A stretch of DNA of 51,238 nucleotides, filler included, from Circinaria calcarea (Eukaryota): assembly GCA_051942165.1 (NCBI GenBank). It is 3 parts of 3 records of this genome, joined end to end, with 100 filler letters (N's around TTAATTAATTAA, not from the genome) between each part and the next. Parts side by side here need not be neighbours in the genome. Positions count along the whole stretch, not along the records: positions 1 to 17,017 come from JAVECS010000291.1; positions 17,118 to 34,132 come from JAVECS010000292.1; 1 more part is not named here. One strand, written 5' to 3'. Numbering within the stretch: position 1 is the first letter of the stretch; every line of letters starts with the position of its first letter. The notes beneath the pieces were generated by a model, which had not been told where the DNA came from, did no database searches, and worked only from the letters and a program-made list of their open reading frames with translations. Both the position numbers and the translations under genes were made by a program. Shown here one piece after another: positions 12,705 to 29,651 of the stretch.

Positions 12705-13802
12705 ATCAACGAGCAGTGTAAGGAGCAATGATGGAGTCAAAGAAACCATCATCCTAGATATAGCTCAACTATTGAGTGATATCTGTCCCGTAACGCCTGT
12801 TTGGCCTCATCTGTAACTCAATAGTGGATTTCCAAGCCAATCGATCGCTAATCGCGCGGGAAAGCGCATATAATAGAGTCGACCGTGAGAAGTGGATGGA
12901 TTGTAGAGGCTCGCTTCTCTAAGGCAGGGAAACAACACTCTAATTGATGAAGATAATCGAAAGCACCTTTATATGACGCTTCTCCATGAACGAGGTACAC
13001 AAGCAACGAGGTTTGTGTGGACCGTGGGCGTTACAGATCAGTAGGTAGCCATGCAATGCTGCACAGATCTAGAGTAGCGCCTTGGCATTCTTATGCCCTT
13101 AATTCGACATCATCCAACCTCGCTTCAAGGGACTTGGTGAAGATGTAGGATGTCAACGTCGTAGACAGGGGCGTTTGCTGCAAGTAAGTATCGTGCGATT
13201 CCGGTAATGTCTAGTGTAGTAGCATTCGCTCAATCTTATTCTATGATGTCGTTGGTTGGAATTTAACTATTACCCCCATTAGTTTAGGTATCCCCGTCAC
13301 TTTTTTACCCCGTCAGTCCCTTCTCCGTCAGTGCAATCCGGAACATTCTATGCTAGATTCATCTTTGCCTGTGTACCTTCCATGGGGCTTGCGCGTTTCT
13401 TTCTTTGATATGGTAAAGGCACACACTCTCCTCTACTTTAGCTACCTACGTGGAAGAACCTCTTTCCTCTCCTTCACGAATACCTTCATCCTACCTTTGA
13501 CTACAAAGTCTCTCTTCCAGAGGACCCTTTGGTAGACGACTCTAGCACAAACACTCATCCTATCAGTTTGATTTGACCTGCTGAAGCTCCACTGCTCAGG
13601 TCCGCTACGTAAGACTATTCGGCAGAACAGCTGTCCAAGTCATTACCGTTGATCAACTTGTGCCTTTCACCAACCAAATCCTTGACTAGAGTGTATTGTC
13701 AAACTACTTGTGTGCCCTTGACTACCACTACCGCCAAACGCTGTTCTTAAGCACGAATCCTTTTCTTTCAGCATCTTTTGTCCGAAAGTCCAAGCATAAA
13801 CC

Positions 13803-16119
13803 ATGGAGGACCAAGTGAAAGAGTGGTTGCGCCTTGACAGGGTAGCTTGTACTCCCAGTCTTTCTCTATATGGTATTGACATATCGTAGGACGAGGTCAC
13901 TAGAGCAGAAATTCAAAAGCTCGCCGACGAAAATAACCAACAAGAGCTGGCAGAAAGACTTGGTAGTAGTATGTAGAGGCCTATTATTGTGCTAAGCTCC
14001 CGTACCGTATTGCTGATCTTGGGCATAGGACTGTCCTTTGGAACAGCCGGACTCAGAGCACCTATGGGAGCTGGATTTTCTCGGATGAATTCACTTACGG
14101 TGATCCAGACATCCCAAGGTCTCGCTGAGTATCTTCTCAAGAAGGTTCCTTATTGCGATTACATGGGCGTTATCATCGGCTACGACGCTAGGCATCACTC
14201 AAAGGAGTTTGCAAATCTCGTTGCCACAGTTTTCAAGACGAAAGGCATTAGGGCATGGCTCTATGAAGAGCCCGTACATACGCCATTAGTTCCGTGGGCC
14301 ATGACACGCACCGGGGAAGGGCGAAACGCCGCTGCTGGTGTTATGATCACGGCTAGCCATAATCCGGCGCAAGATAACGGTTATAAAGTCTATGGGATCT
14401 GGTCAACCTGGGAGCCTTATGAAAGAGCGGCTTGTCAGATAAGACCGCCACAAGATAGTCAGATCGCTGCCTCGATAATTCAGAATCTTGAGCCCGTGTT
14501 ATGGGAGTTACCAGAGGGTCAGCATCCACTTCCTATCAAGTCAGACGTGAGGAGAGTCTATTACAACCGCATGATGAAAACCTTGAAGCAACTTAGGAGG
14601 TATCGCACCAAGAAGCCCGGTGACAAGCAACTTCCTCCATTCGTCTATACGCCTCTTCATGGTGTTGGTCTTCGTCCAATGACTGACGCTTTGCAACGCT
14701 TCATTGACGTAAATTGCGAAGAGGACACGGATTCTGAAGATAACCGTTTGGAACTTGATGATGAGGATCATGATTACGATTGGACCAAAATGTTTATCAA
14801 ACCACCGCCATGTGACGAATTCGGCTTTCCTCTTTCAGATACGGAGAGCTCTACATCTCCAACCGATGCGGAGGAAATGGAACTGGAAGGACATCAACAG
14901 GCCCCTGAAGTGGTCCCTCAGGACATCAATGAGCTGGAAGAACATCAACAGGCCCCTGAAGTGATCCCTCAGGACATTAATGAGCTAATGACGGTAGTCG
15001 AATCTCAAGCGCAACCGGACCCAGATTTCCCAACAGTCAGATATCCTAATCCCGAGGAGAAAGGGGCCCTAGACGCTGCGATAGCAACAGCCGACAGTAA
15101 GGGCATTCGACTAATCTTGGCCAATGACCCGGATGCGGACCGTTTCGCAGCGGCTGAAAAGGTTGGAGACGAGTGGCATCAGTTTACTGGCGATCAAGTT
15201 GGAGTTTTGCTCGGCTTCTACATCTCCCAGAACAGCAACCCGGATTTAGAAACAAAACCGTTATTTCTGACTTCAATGGTCTCTTCGAACATGCTGGCAT
15301 ACATCTGTAGAAAACTACATTTTACAGTTGATTCAAATGACAGGCAAGTGCCACATCGATTCGTCGTGTGGGAATGCCTTACTGGGTTTAAATGGCTCGG
15401 AGCAACTGCGGAGCGGGTAGGCAGTAGCTGTTACTTCGCTTACGAGGAAGCTCTCGGATACATGCTTCCCTGGATCATATACGACAAGGATGGCATCTCG
15501 GCCGCGCTCCTATTCCTTCAGATGTGTGCCCAGTGGGGCTCGCCTTGGCTGATGCTGCAACGTCTCTACGAAGAATACGGCTATTTCGAAACAATGAACA
15601 CCTACTGGAGGTCGCCCGATCAAGCAACCACCACGAGGATCTTTGAGAATATCCGGAGCCTTGGCAAACCCTACCCCAAGTACGTCGGGGAGAGAGAGGT
15701 AACACGCTGGAGGGACCTCACCATAGGATATGACTCTTGCGGCCCTGACCCTTTCGACTGGGACAACGTCTATGCACTGCCGATTACACCCGAAACGCAA
15801 TGTATCACGTGCTGGCTCGGGAAGTCGCCCCTGGATGAGGGCATCCGCATCACCATTCGAGCCTCCGGTACGGAACCGAAAATCAAGGGTGAGAGAACCC
15901 CTCCCATCCCCAGGCTTACATTTGCCTTCGACAGGCTAACATCTGAATCAAGTGTACCTGGAATGCCACGCCAAGCGCGACCGCTTCGCAAAGGACATGG
16001 CCTACGAGATGCTCGAGTTTCTCGCCAAGGAATGGTTGAACGACGCCAGCCTCGTGATGGAGGACAAGTACCATTTCCGAAAGGGCTTGGCGTACCCTCA
16101 TCACGAGAGATTCACGTAG
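13803..16119 (+). CDS. Alpha-D-phosphohexomutase family, phosphopentomutase/PGM2-like (yeast Prm15/Pgm3 type)
   Basis: Exons give MEDQVKEWLRLDR|DEVTRAEIQ..|LSFGTAGLRA. Catalytic MITASHNP, metal loop NDPDADR, YEEALG and RASGTEPKIK are present. Last intron 15889-15952, then VYLECH..HERFT stop. Confidence 0.9.
14880..14986 (+). repeat. 51-bp in-frame tandem duplication inside the phosphomutase
   Basis: ELEGHQQAPEVVPQDIN / ELEEHQQAPEVIPQDIN; copies start at 14880 and 14931. Confidence 0.9.
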
Positions 16120-16546
16120 CGGTGGCGCCAATCGCCACACATGCATGGCCAGGCGTGCCTCCAATTTGACTCCGCCCGTGTTTTGATGTCTGCGCGTTTG
16201 ACAATCGCCATTTGGTCTTTTCGCTGCTATTGCTCATCTGAGCATGAGATGCCCGTCCATAGAAAACTGCATGTAGTCTGATGGAAACTCAGGTTTGCTT
16301 TTTCCTATTTCTTTTCTTGCTTCTCCACTTAGCTAGCAAACAAATAATTGCATCATCCACCAACAGCTGCCCTCTGCGCTCGTGATAACCCCCAGTCATG
16401 CAAATACACAATACGCAAACACTACCTTCCCACTACATATAACCACCCTACGTAAAGCCCATTCAACAGAAAAGCCCTTCCTACCCATCCTAAACCCTCA
16501 TACTCAACCATCCCCTACGCCCTATTAAACTCAAAATCCCAAAAAA

Positions 16547-17017
16547 ATGCCCTCCTATTGCAACCAGCGCACCTGCCCCGAGACCTGCCATTACGACCAC
16601 CAATTCCCAGATCCCTACCACCACCAACACCGCCAGCATCACAGGCCCTTTGGCCGCTCCGGCCGGTACGACCTTCCCTTCCCCATGATCGGAGGCGAGC
16701 GCGTGCGTGACTCTCGCGTTTACGATACGCAGTGGGATTCACATGGGCATGGGCATAGGGGCTTTGAAGACTAGTAAGCAACCCCCCCATGGTGTTCTTC
16801 TGTTATTCAAGTTTACCGGGATCGTCTGTTGCTGACGCAGGATTTAGTGGAACGAGACCACGCAGACGCGCGGCAGCCGGGTATGGGATGCCGTATGATG
16901 GTTTCGGGGGCTATCAGGGGCCCGGACGGGGTCCCAGGGGGGTGGATGAGGGGTTCTGGGATGCGAGGCAGGGAAGGATGGTCTTAGAGGATTGTGAGCA
17001 TGGGCACGGACATAGGC
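16547..17017 (+). CDS. His/Gly/Arg-rich hypothetical protein, truncated at contig end
   Basis: GTAAGC..GCTGAC..TTAG intron 16774-16847 joins two ORFs in frame. HGHGHR occurs twice. Confidence 0.5.
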
Positions 17018-17117
17018 NNNNNNNNNNNNNNNNNNNNNNNNNNNNNNNNNNNNNNNNNNNNTTAATTAATTAANNNNNNNNNNNNNNNNNNNNNNNNNNN
17101 NNNNNNNNNNNNNNNNN
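17018..17117. other. Artificial contig spacer
   Basis: 44 N + TTAATTAATTAA (stops in all six frames) + 44 N. Confidence 0.97.
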
Positions 17118-18026
17118 CTTCTCCTACTGGTTTACGGGGCATATCTGTTCTTCCAGTTAAAGACTCATTCATCGCTGTACAACGAGCCCAGTGAGAAAGT
17201 TGCAAAGAGACGTGTCAAGGTTGAAGAGGGTGATTTCCACAAGCAACTCGCTGGCATGGGTGGCAATCTCACCTCCGTCGGAGGCGGCCCAAAGGCGACG
17301 CAAACGGCACAAGATCAAGAAGAAGAAGAAAAGGAAGAGCCTCAGCTCAGTATGCTGACCGCAATCCTAACCCTCCTTATCGTCACAGCGCTGGTGGGTG
17401 TTTGCGCGGAATTTTTGGTGGACAGCATCAACGAAGTGACTACTCAATATAACGTATCACCTACCTTTGTCGGACTGATTCTCCTGCCCATCGTTGGTAA
17501 CGCGGCGGAACACGCCACAGCAGTCACGGTGGCCATTAAGGATAAAATGGATTTGGCCATTGGCGTCGCGGTTGGCTCTTCCATGCAAATCGCTCTATTC
17601 GTCTTACCGTTCGTCGTTGTACTCGGCTGGATTCTAGGAAAGGAAGATATGAATTTGTCTTTCGACGGGTTTCAGATTGCTGTTCTTTTCGTTGCGGGTA
17701 GGTAAACTGCATATCTCTAATTAGATAATTGCTAACTGGCATCATAGTACTGCTGGTGAACTACTTAATATCTGACGGTGAATCGCACTGGTAAGTCCTG
17801 GAGATTACTTCAATCGTGAGAATTGATTCGTTAACCAATGTGCAGGCTCGAAGGAGTACTTTTGATAACACTCTATGTGATTATCTCCGTAGCGGCTTGG
17901 TAAGCTTGAACTTCTGTCGAACGCCCGCTCTCCGCTAAGTTTATTAGGTTTTACCCTCCACCTCGAATCAATCCCGATGGAAGTCCAGCCGTAAGAGCGG
18001 TCCTCTCCGCCGTAAATTTAGGATAG
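17118..18026 (+). CDS. Ca2+/H+ exchanger (CAX/Vcx1 family), 3' part only
   Basis: LILLPIVGNAAEHATAV, KDKMDLAIGVAVGSSMQIAL, then three short exons DGESHW|LEGVLL..AAW|FYP. 5' end lies beyond the contig start. Confidence 0.92.
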
Positions 18027-21000
18027 CCTTAGAGTGTGGGATGGTCATATCCTTATACCATCTATGAGGATACTGGTTCCAGCAAGGGACATCCTACAAG
18101 TATTAGCCATACGGCCGTGGAGGCTTCCAACGATCTCGGGAGATGATGGAAGCTGTTTTCGCAAGGTTAGACAGGATATCCCCATACGTGACACCTCGTG
18201 TCAGTTGCTAGGCGCGTCTCGGGATATTAGAAAGACAACTCGGTTGGATTCGACTGGGGCGTTGGTTGGCAAACTTTCCCCGCGTTAAGGGCTTGTCGCA
18301 TCCTCTCAGGGTGTTAAACCTGCGGAGGCGAAGACTTGTTTCTCCACGTACAGATATTAGCGAGTTGTTCTATTCCGATGCTTGCTTTGCAGTTACTGGA
18401 CACTAGAATGAACATGTAGATGAAGGCTTCTTCTACTCCATACCACAGTGTTGTGCAACACACTTCTACCTGTATCATATGGGAATCTGCTATCTCTACT
18501 TACAAAAAGGTCCTCGCGCATCCATTTGTACTTGAAGGCTACCCTACACTATCCCGGCGGTCTTGGCACCGGAACCAGTTTCTCCGGCCGAATCAATCAT
18601 AGCTCAGCAATCGAAGGACTTGCTGTATCTATCTTTGACTGGTACTCCCATTTTCGAAACTGGAGACTGGTGAAGTTAGTTGCGGCGGAGGAAGCAAGAC
18701 AGGTATCATCAATGCCTCAGGGTAGTCGATTTTATTGTGGTGAAGACGGAGGGTATATGCACATGTTGGTATGGTTGTGCCTGTTTTCTTACGGTGCCAC
18801 ACAGTTGAGGTGTGGAGAGTTGTTGTCGCCCATGGTACTAGGAGTTTCATGGTCAGGGTTTCCTTGTTCTCCTGTCTTGAATTGAGTGATCGTTGCACTG
18901 TGTACATAGGTTATTATCGAGCCTGTGCAAAAGTCATACCGGTGAAAGACAATCAGTGTACGAGGGGTGCTCCGTTCTCAGTACTTTTATCGAGTTTTGT
19001 AAACCGCACTTGTTTATGTTATTTGACGAGGCGTCATTCCAGTATGAAGCGTCCTCCAGTACCGTATTGTTGTTTTCGGCAACGATTTTTGCTCACCGGC
19101 CTTGTATGGCCTGATAAAGAGCAACGCAAGGCTTATACCGACGACGCTTGGATACCACTGCTGCAATTTCACTGTGACCTTATGCTACTTAATTGAACGA
19201 TATGGGATGTCGATCTCCAGTTACTGGTATGGATGGCGATCTCAAGCACAACTGTTCGAAGTGGATGTCAGATCTTACCATCGAAAGATACCCGCCATGT
19301 ACTAGTATTGTGGCCCTTGTGGGCTTGCAACTCCCTTCCTACCTTAACTATTTGTATTCCGGTTTCTTCGTTGAATCTTTGGCGAGTTGCTTCCACAGAC
19401 TCTCTGCCTCAGCTTGGAACGTTTCACGAGCAGCCTGAACCGTGGCACTGAGTTTTCTCGGCGAAGGACTTTCTCTGCTACAAAAAAGTGTCTTACGGTA
19501 GACCTAATTCGCTGAGGCTATTGACGAATTTAACCTATTTAGGTTTCTACCTGCTACTCGGCCGTTATGAGGATCCGGTTTTGCATTGACGCGCACCGTC
19601 CTTTATCTTAATTTCTTAACGTCGAAACTTTGGTCTTCTACGCAACTCCACCGATGCTAACAACGGCGCTGTAGACGCTTTTCCCTAACTGACCCAGCTC
19701 TGCCCTTCACAATTATCATACTTTAGCTTGATCGCATAAATAGTCGGAAGCTGACTTCTCTTGACTCTCCCGACGTGGTCATTCTCTACATCCATAGTTC
19801 CCGACCGTGGTCCTGAGTGTCGTTGACTCACTCTTCAATTCTTGTTGCAGTTTTTACCAGTACCTCCCAGGTTATACCACAACTTGGATTTTTCTCCATG
19901 GTAGTCTCATTGGACTCCAAACTGACAAGGAGATCATAGTCATCGGTGCTACTTTCTGGAAAGGCTTACATGCTTCCCGTGGATATCTCTGCTGGACCTC
20001 AGTTCGACGGCGACCATCAGTCACTCTCCTCTCTTCTCTTACCTATTACAATCATTTTGAACTCTTAGGAGTCGCAATATCCGCTGTTCTCTTTTGGAAG
20101 TACATCACCTCGGGAACGTGAGTCCATCATAGATCAATCTTTCAAATCACATCTCCTTCAACTTTCAAACCAAACCACGAGGCTTTGATTCGACATTCCT
20201 CACAAAACTTCTCCACCACTCTGCAGCTGATGTCGCTCGTCACCCTCCGTTTTCATTCCACCTACTGACGAGCCAATCAATTCACTCCTTACTCAGTACC
20301 GCTAAAAACTGTTAGTACAATTTCTAAATTCTTATCTTCTTGCTCCTTCTCTACCGCCCCATTTTCCCTTAGTACCCATTCATAAGTCCAACAGCTACCA
20401 ATCTTGAAATCAGGTTCCTCTTCCAACGTGTTCGCTCCGCGTTCATTCTACATTCATCTCCCTAACTGAACCTACTACAATTACACTCATCTAACTCCTC
20501 TCTCACACTTATCGTGCTCTACATCCATCTCTCGTGTAACGCCTAGTCTACTGAACATCCCATCTCTTCTCCTACAGCTACTTCACCCTACACGTATCAC
20601 TCCCGCCACGCCTACCCATCCTATATTCATCTGTTCTTCCGCACCTACCAAATGTCTAACGACTTCTCGCTCTGCCTAGTCTAGTCTCGTCAATGGGCAA
20701 CGCACATCAAGAACGTAAGTACTCCTCAAGGTCAGCTGGCTATTTCTAGCTTAGTTCTCTTTTTGTCACCTCTTACCAGGACAACTTTCCATTTCAAGAA
20801 TCAGGTCATCTTACATTCATTCAGCTCATAGTTCTGTCATGAAGATCCTATGACCTTGCATAGTCTCTGGTTCATAATCTGACATTGTCCTACTACTTCA
20901 ATACGGTTAGTATCTCTTCCTCGTTTTCGTCTCCTTGTCCCCCTTCTTTGAGCTATTCCACATCACCCCTTCGCCGTGGACTCTAGCCAACTATGCCGTC

Positions 21001-21437
21001 CTTCACAACCACATCTCGCAAGTGTCCTACAGTCTTTCCCGTCTTCTCACTTCTACCTCCTCAGATCGCCAGCTCTGTTAATCACCGTAAAATCCGAATA
21101 GGATACCTGCTTACTCCCTACCTAGAAGTCACACTCTGCTCAAACCAATAGCAACACTGCTATCATAAACGAAAGTTTCAACGTCTCCAGCCAGACTCTT
21201 ACTGGACTTTCTGATCAGATCCAAATCGATCTCACATCATTTCTTACTCACTCGATACATCTCATTCAACTTGATCCTTCCTACTCAACTACGACGTACT
21301 AATCTGGCGTCAAAATCCCTGACAACTATTGTGGACAGCACACCTTAGTCACACTAGTCTTTACGATTACCCACCTTTTCTAAAGATATCACAACCTTCG
21401 GATTCTCGGGAACCTTGCCCAGCAGGCCACGCACGTC

Positions 21438-24400
21438 ATGGATGTCAACGGCTTCGATCACATTGATGCAGCACTTAGCGATATTGATCCCATGGAGGAA
21501 GAAGGCCTCGATGACTTAATGGGCACCCAAGTGGACGACACAGTGCCACGCTACGACGCACCCCAGATGGATGTTGATGACTGCAGTCACGAGCCAACTT
21601 TGGCGGCTATAAAGACTTCAACACCTGTAGGAGAGGGGCTGCAGCCTTTCCGATCCTCGTTTAAACCTTCATATGCTCGGCCTTCTACCATTCCCGAAGG
21701 AGCAGAGATCATCGACCTAGACTCATACGAATGCAAGAATCCATTGGTGCATTCTAGCAGCCTTTCGCTGAGGATCAAAGTAGAGGAAGGGGTCTCAAGA
21801 AATGCCGACCTTGGAACCCGAGGTCAGAGTACCTCGCCGGACCACATTGGTAACAATGGAATCAACGTTGAAAGGCCATCGGACGTTATCATGCTAGATG
21901 ACGACGATAAGATTCAGGAGGTCAAGCAAGAACCAATCGACCACCAACCAACACAGAATATGTTATCTGATGGGAAGGAGGTTTTCGAGATATCTGATGA
22001 CGACGATGAGGTGGTGGTGACCAAGGGAATAACCGGGCAATCACCCACAAGTATCTTTGGTCCACATACAAACGGCATATCTCCCACGGGTGCATCCTGT
22101 AACGGCCTATCTCCAGGAAGCGCGTCTGCGAATGGCAGTTTTCTCAAAGAAGCGTCCCGTAACGACCTACTTCCGGCTAGCGTACCTGGTAGTGATACAG
22201 TAGTTGATTTAGACCCAAAGGTCCAATCAACTGACATCCTCGGGGCTCAGAGGATTTTTCTGCGCACCCAAAAACGAAAACCGGACGCCGCCCATATTGC
22301 CAAATTTGAACAGATCCAGAAGCATTTAGCAGAACGAATCACGGGAAAGCCGGTCGTGAATGGTGCCGGAGGGATCTTTAGGCAACCTCGAGTTATTAAC
22401 CCTGACGTTCCTTTACCAAAGAAAAGTCGCAAAGACGACGGAGGCATTCCGGATGAGAATGATCATGCATGGATGGAGGAAATCTCTTCCGACTCGGATG
22501 ATGATGGCGCCACGTATGTACTGCTATTTGCTGGTGAGCCTCCTGTTTCAGAGACTGATGTACAATCTAGATTTCGAGCAGCAAAAACCGAGTACCGGAA
22601 GAAAGTCAAGAAAGGCATAGCTACCCTTGATGATGAAGTTGCATTCATGAAAGCCGAGAATCAAGAGGCCTCCCGGCAGAACAGAGTTAAAATGGCAGAA
22701 AAGCGAGCCCAGCTTGAAGACGACGAAGAACTTAGTCTGTTCATACCGGAGGATGCTCCACCGCGGTCTTCCACCAAGCGTACGCATGCAACGATGAATT
22801 CGGATGATGAGGACCTAGGGGTAGATGTGCCCGAGGAAGAAGCTGACTTTGTGCGTCATCAAGAGCTCAAAGGGCAGAACATGTCCAAACGTCAGCGACA
22901 GCCAGGGGCAGCTAGTAAGAAGAGCGGTAAGAATACATTAACTGCAAAAGACGTGGACGCCAGTATGCAGGAAGGCATGCTTATAGGGAATGAGAGAGAC
23001 CGCAAAAAGGCAGCTGCAGCTGAGAGAGCAGCGAAGGCAGCCGCCAAATCCGAAACTGTTAAGACAAAGAAGCGCAAAACTAAAGATGGCCAATCGAAGG
23101 GGGTCAAACCCAAGGAAGGCAAATCGAAGGCGAAGGACGGAAGGAAGACAGCAAAGCAAAAGGGAAAGCGGTCCAGTGGACCCGTGATGAACAACCTTGA
23201 CAGTCTCATCTCGAACGTCATCGCAGAAGCGCAAGCCAATGAGGCTGAGGGCGATCAACCAACATTCACAAATACATGTAAAGCGGACGCCTTGAAAGAA
23301 TTGATGGCCTCTATCCCAGGAGAGAGTCGGAAGATGGCTTCGGTTGACAAACAAGCTCTACTTACGGCTACGAAAAAGTTCAGGAGCCATGGAGTTATGA
23401 AGGCTGACGGTAATGGGTGTTGGAAGTTGAAGGGCATGAAGAGTAGCCTTCGTCACTATCAGCTACTGGGGGCCGCTTTCATGCGTGACAGAGAGCTTGG
23501 GAACGACAAACCACTTGGTGGTATATGTGCGGATGAAATGGGATTTGGTAGGTTACTTCCTCCAACAAGGCGTAGAAGATCTGAAAAGATAAGCTGATGA
23601 ATGCTCTCCAAGGCAAAACCGTTATGATGATTGCCAACATCTTGGATGGTCGGCCAGCAGACAGCGACCCAGTCAAGACAACTTTGATTGTTGCGACCCC
23701 TGCCCTAGTCTCACAATGGATGGACGAAATCAACAAACACTGCGAGAAAGGGGTAATGGGCGGTGTAATTAGGTATCATGCAGGAGCGCGCCTTAGCTCC
23801 CTTGACACGGTCGAAACTTTAGGAAAATTCAATATCATGTAGGTTAAGCTTGAGGTGGACGGCACTCCAATCCCATAGACTGATACTTGCTATAGCTGTA
23901 CCACTTATTCGGAGATATCGAAGTCATATCCCAAGTGCGATCCTCCGGAAGGGCTCGGGACACAGCAGCAGGTCAAGAGTACTTCTTACCATATCGATAA
24001 AATAGGTTTACTGACTCTTCGTAGAGAGAAGACTGGTGGAAAGAACACTTTGAGAAATACAAGGGCCCGCTACATCGTATCATGTTTCATCGAGTCGGTG
24101 GGTCCCACCTACTATTCTAACCCGGTTTGCTGCAACTGCTGACACTAGATCGGACTATAGTATTAGACGGTGATATTCTCATGGTCCTTTCCTATGGGCT
24201 TAACTAATGCCTTCGTCTTTAGAGAGCCAAGCTATCAAAAATTGGAGATCGCACATCTCTACAGCGTGTCGCGGTTTGAGTGCACGCCACCGATGGGTGT
24301 TGAGCGGGACGCCCATTCAGAATAGGGTGGAAGAATTCTTTGCCACGTTCGCTTTCCTGCGAGTGCCGCATACGGGTAGTTACGAAGTGTTCAAGAAGAA

Positions 24401-26208
24401 CTTCTGTAACAAGAAGAATCCACTGGCAATGGAGCGCTTGCAATCGTTTCTAAGGATGTTCATGATACGACGGACTCATGCCGAAAAGCTATTCGACCGA
24501 CCAGTATTGAAGTTACCTGCCACCACTCAACGTACAACCAATGTCAAGTTCAACGACATTGAAAGGGCAATATACGACATTGTTAGGAGACGCTTTATCA
24601 AGAGAATCAATGGGTGAGGAGGTACCCCTCGTGGTGATATAGTGACGGATACGCTAATGGTCGATTGACATAGGTATTCCGAGGCAGGCACCCTGACAAG
24701 GGAATACCGCCATGTCTTCACCATGGTTCTACGATTGCGTCAACTTACTGGCCATATTTTCTTGATACAGAAGACGATTCAAGACCTCCTCGAGACAGAG
24801 GACGTAGAAAAACTGATGCGTTTGTGCAACAACACGGAAGCAAGTGAGAACACTCCTAACGGAACCATGCTCGTACAATTACGAGCCATGCTCGCCGCGA
24901 AATCTCCGGCGGATGGCGAACCGGCATCGTCGCCTTCGGACTCTACTCAATTCCCGGACTTTGCTTCGCCCGCAGCGAATGGTACAGGCAGGCAATTCGG
25001 GAGCACGGTTGTGAGCTTCAAGAAATATCTGCGACAGCTCCGGGACAGTTCGAAATGGGAGGAGTTAGAGAAACGCAGTTTGTGCCCAGAATGCCGCCAA
25101 CCCCCAGATACACCATGGGTGACCTCATGTAAGCATGTCTACTGCCAAGAATGTATCAGTAAGCTGCAGTACGCCGCCGCAAAGAATGATGAACGTGCTG
25201 TGTGTACCGAATGCGGTGAGATATTTGAGACCGCCACCAATTGCGATGGCTTGGAAGAGCTCGGATTTCAAGTCGACAGTCCGTCGTCGCAGTTAAGCGG
25301 CTCGCCACGGAGACGAAGGAATACGTCCGAGGATCCCGAGGAAATGCTGAAATGGATTGACGTGGATGGTCATCTCTTACCTTCGGCAAAGACACTGGCC
25401 ATTAAAGCTCAAATCTTGAATTGGATTGAGGAGTCTCCAAAGGAAAAGATCATCATCTTCACCCAATTTATTGAGATGTAAGCAAGATGTACATTGATAG
25501 GACTATCCCTTGGTTAACACCTTATAGGATCCGTATCCTGGGCCGCGTGTGTCAACAGGAGCAATGGGGCTATTGCCAAGTATTGACACACATCTCCAAC
25601 GCGCCTAAAATCGCTGACCTTGAGTAGTACCATGGACTTATGAGTCACTCAGCCAGAGAAAAGGAAATAGTCACCTTTGCAGAGGAAGAGGAAAAGATCA
25701 TAATGATAGCATCGCTCAAATCCGGTGGGATTGGTCTCAACCTCACGATGGCTAGTAGAGTGATCAACGTCGATCTCTGGTGGAACTCTAGTGTAGAACA
25801 GCAAGGTAGTAGGAATCGTATTGATCTGTAGCAGGTGAAGCTAACTGTCTTCGAGCATTCTGTAGGGTTTTCCGCATCGGGCAGGACAAGGAAACTCGCA
25901 TCCAGAGATTTACCGTTGTTAACACTGTTGACGAGGACATGGTCAAAATGCAGGAACGCAAGACCAGGCAGATCAAGCTAGCTTTAGGTGATGATGATGA
26001 TGATGGTAGGGCAAAGGAGAAGACCACGGTGGCTGATCTTATGCGACTCTTTGGTAGGGTGGAAGAAGATGAGGAGGGTAGAGAATTCATCTGGGCGGAT
26101 GACGATGAAGGAGGCATTCAGGAGACCGTGGAGATGCCGCCTACTGCAGAGGAGCGAAGGGACTTTTCGGGCTTGCGGCAATCCTTTGGTCGAGGAACGT
26201 CTGCATAA
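21438..26208 (+). CDS. SNF2-family helicase with RING finger (Rad5/Rad16/Uls1-like), multi-exon
   Basis: [97 protein letters not shown]. Confidence 0.9.
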
Positions 26209-26490
26209 GGGTGTGTTATTACCCTTTGATGCAGATTGAAGCCTGCTTCATCGAAGTGGGAGGCGAGCACCAATGGCAATTTCTGGATGGCTATTCTTTG
26301 ATTTACGACTTTACGAATATTACGACTTTAACAGCGACAAGCGCACGCGGCGGCCCTCGCCGGCGCTTTTGATCCTCATAGCATTAGCATAGCATTAGCA
26401 CAGCATTAATATTAATTTATTATTATTAAATATTGCTATCGTGAAAAGTCGTAGGGAGCAAACCCCCCGTGGCTATATCTAGTTAGCTTG

Positions 26491-26520
26491 ACGCGAAAAC
26501 CACTTTACGCGGGTCGCGTC
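26491..26520. promoter_or_regulatory. Cluster of three MCB/SCB-like ACGCG elements upstream of MCM6
   Basis: ACGCGAAA at 26491, ACGCGG at 26507 and TCGCGT at 26514, 75-105 bp before the ATG. Confidence 0.65.
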
Positions 26521-26594
26521 TCATATCGACAAACACACCCCAAACAATCCAACCCTCTCGAGGCTACAGCACCTACACCTACACTACCGCTAAC

Positions 26595-29651
<3,057 letters not shown>

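Noticed and set aside
17062..17073. TTAATTAATTAA palindrome as a biological site
   Set aside because: Assembly linker, repeated identically at 34177-34188.
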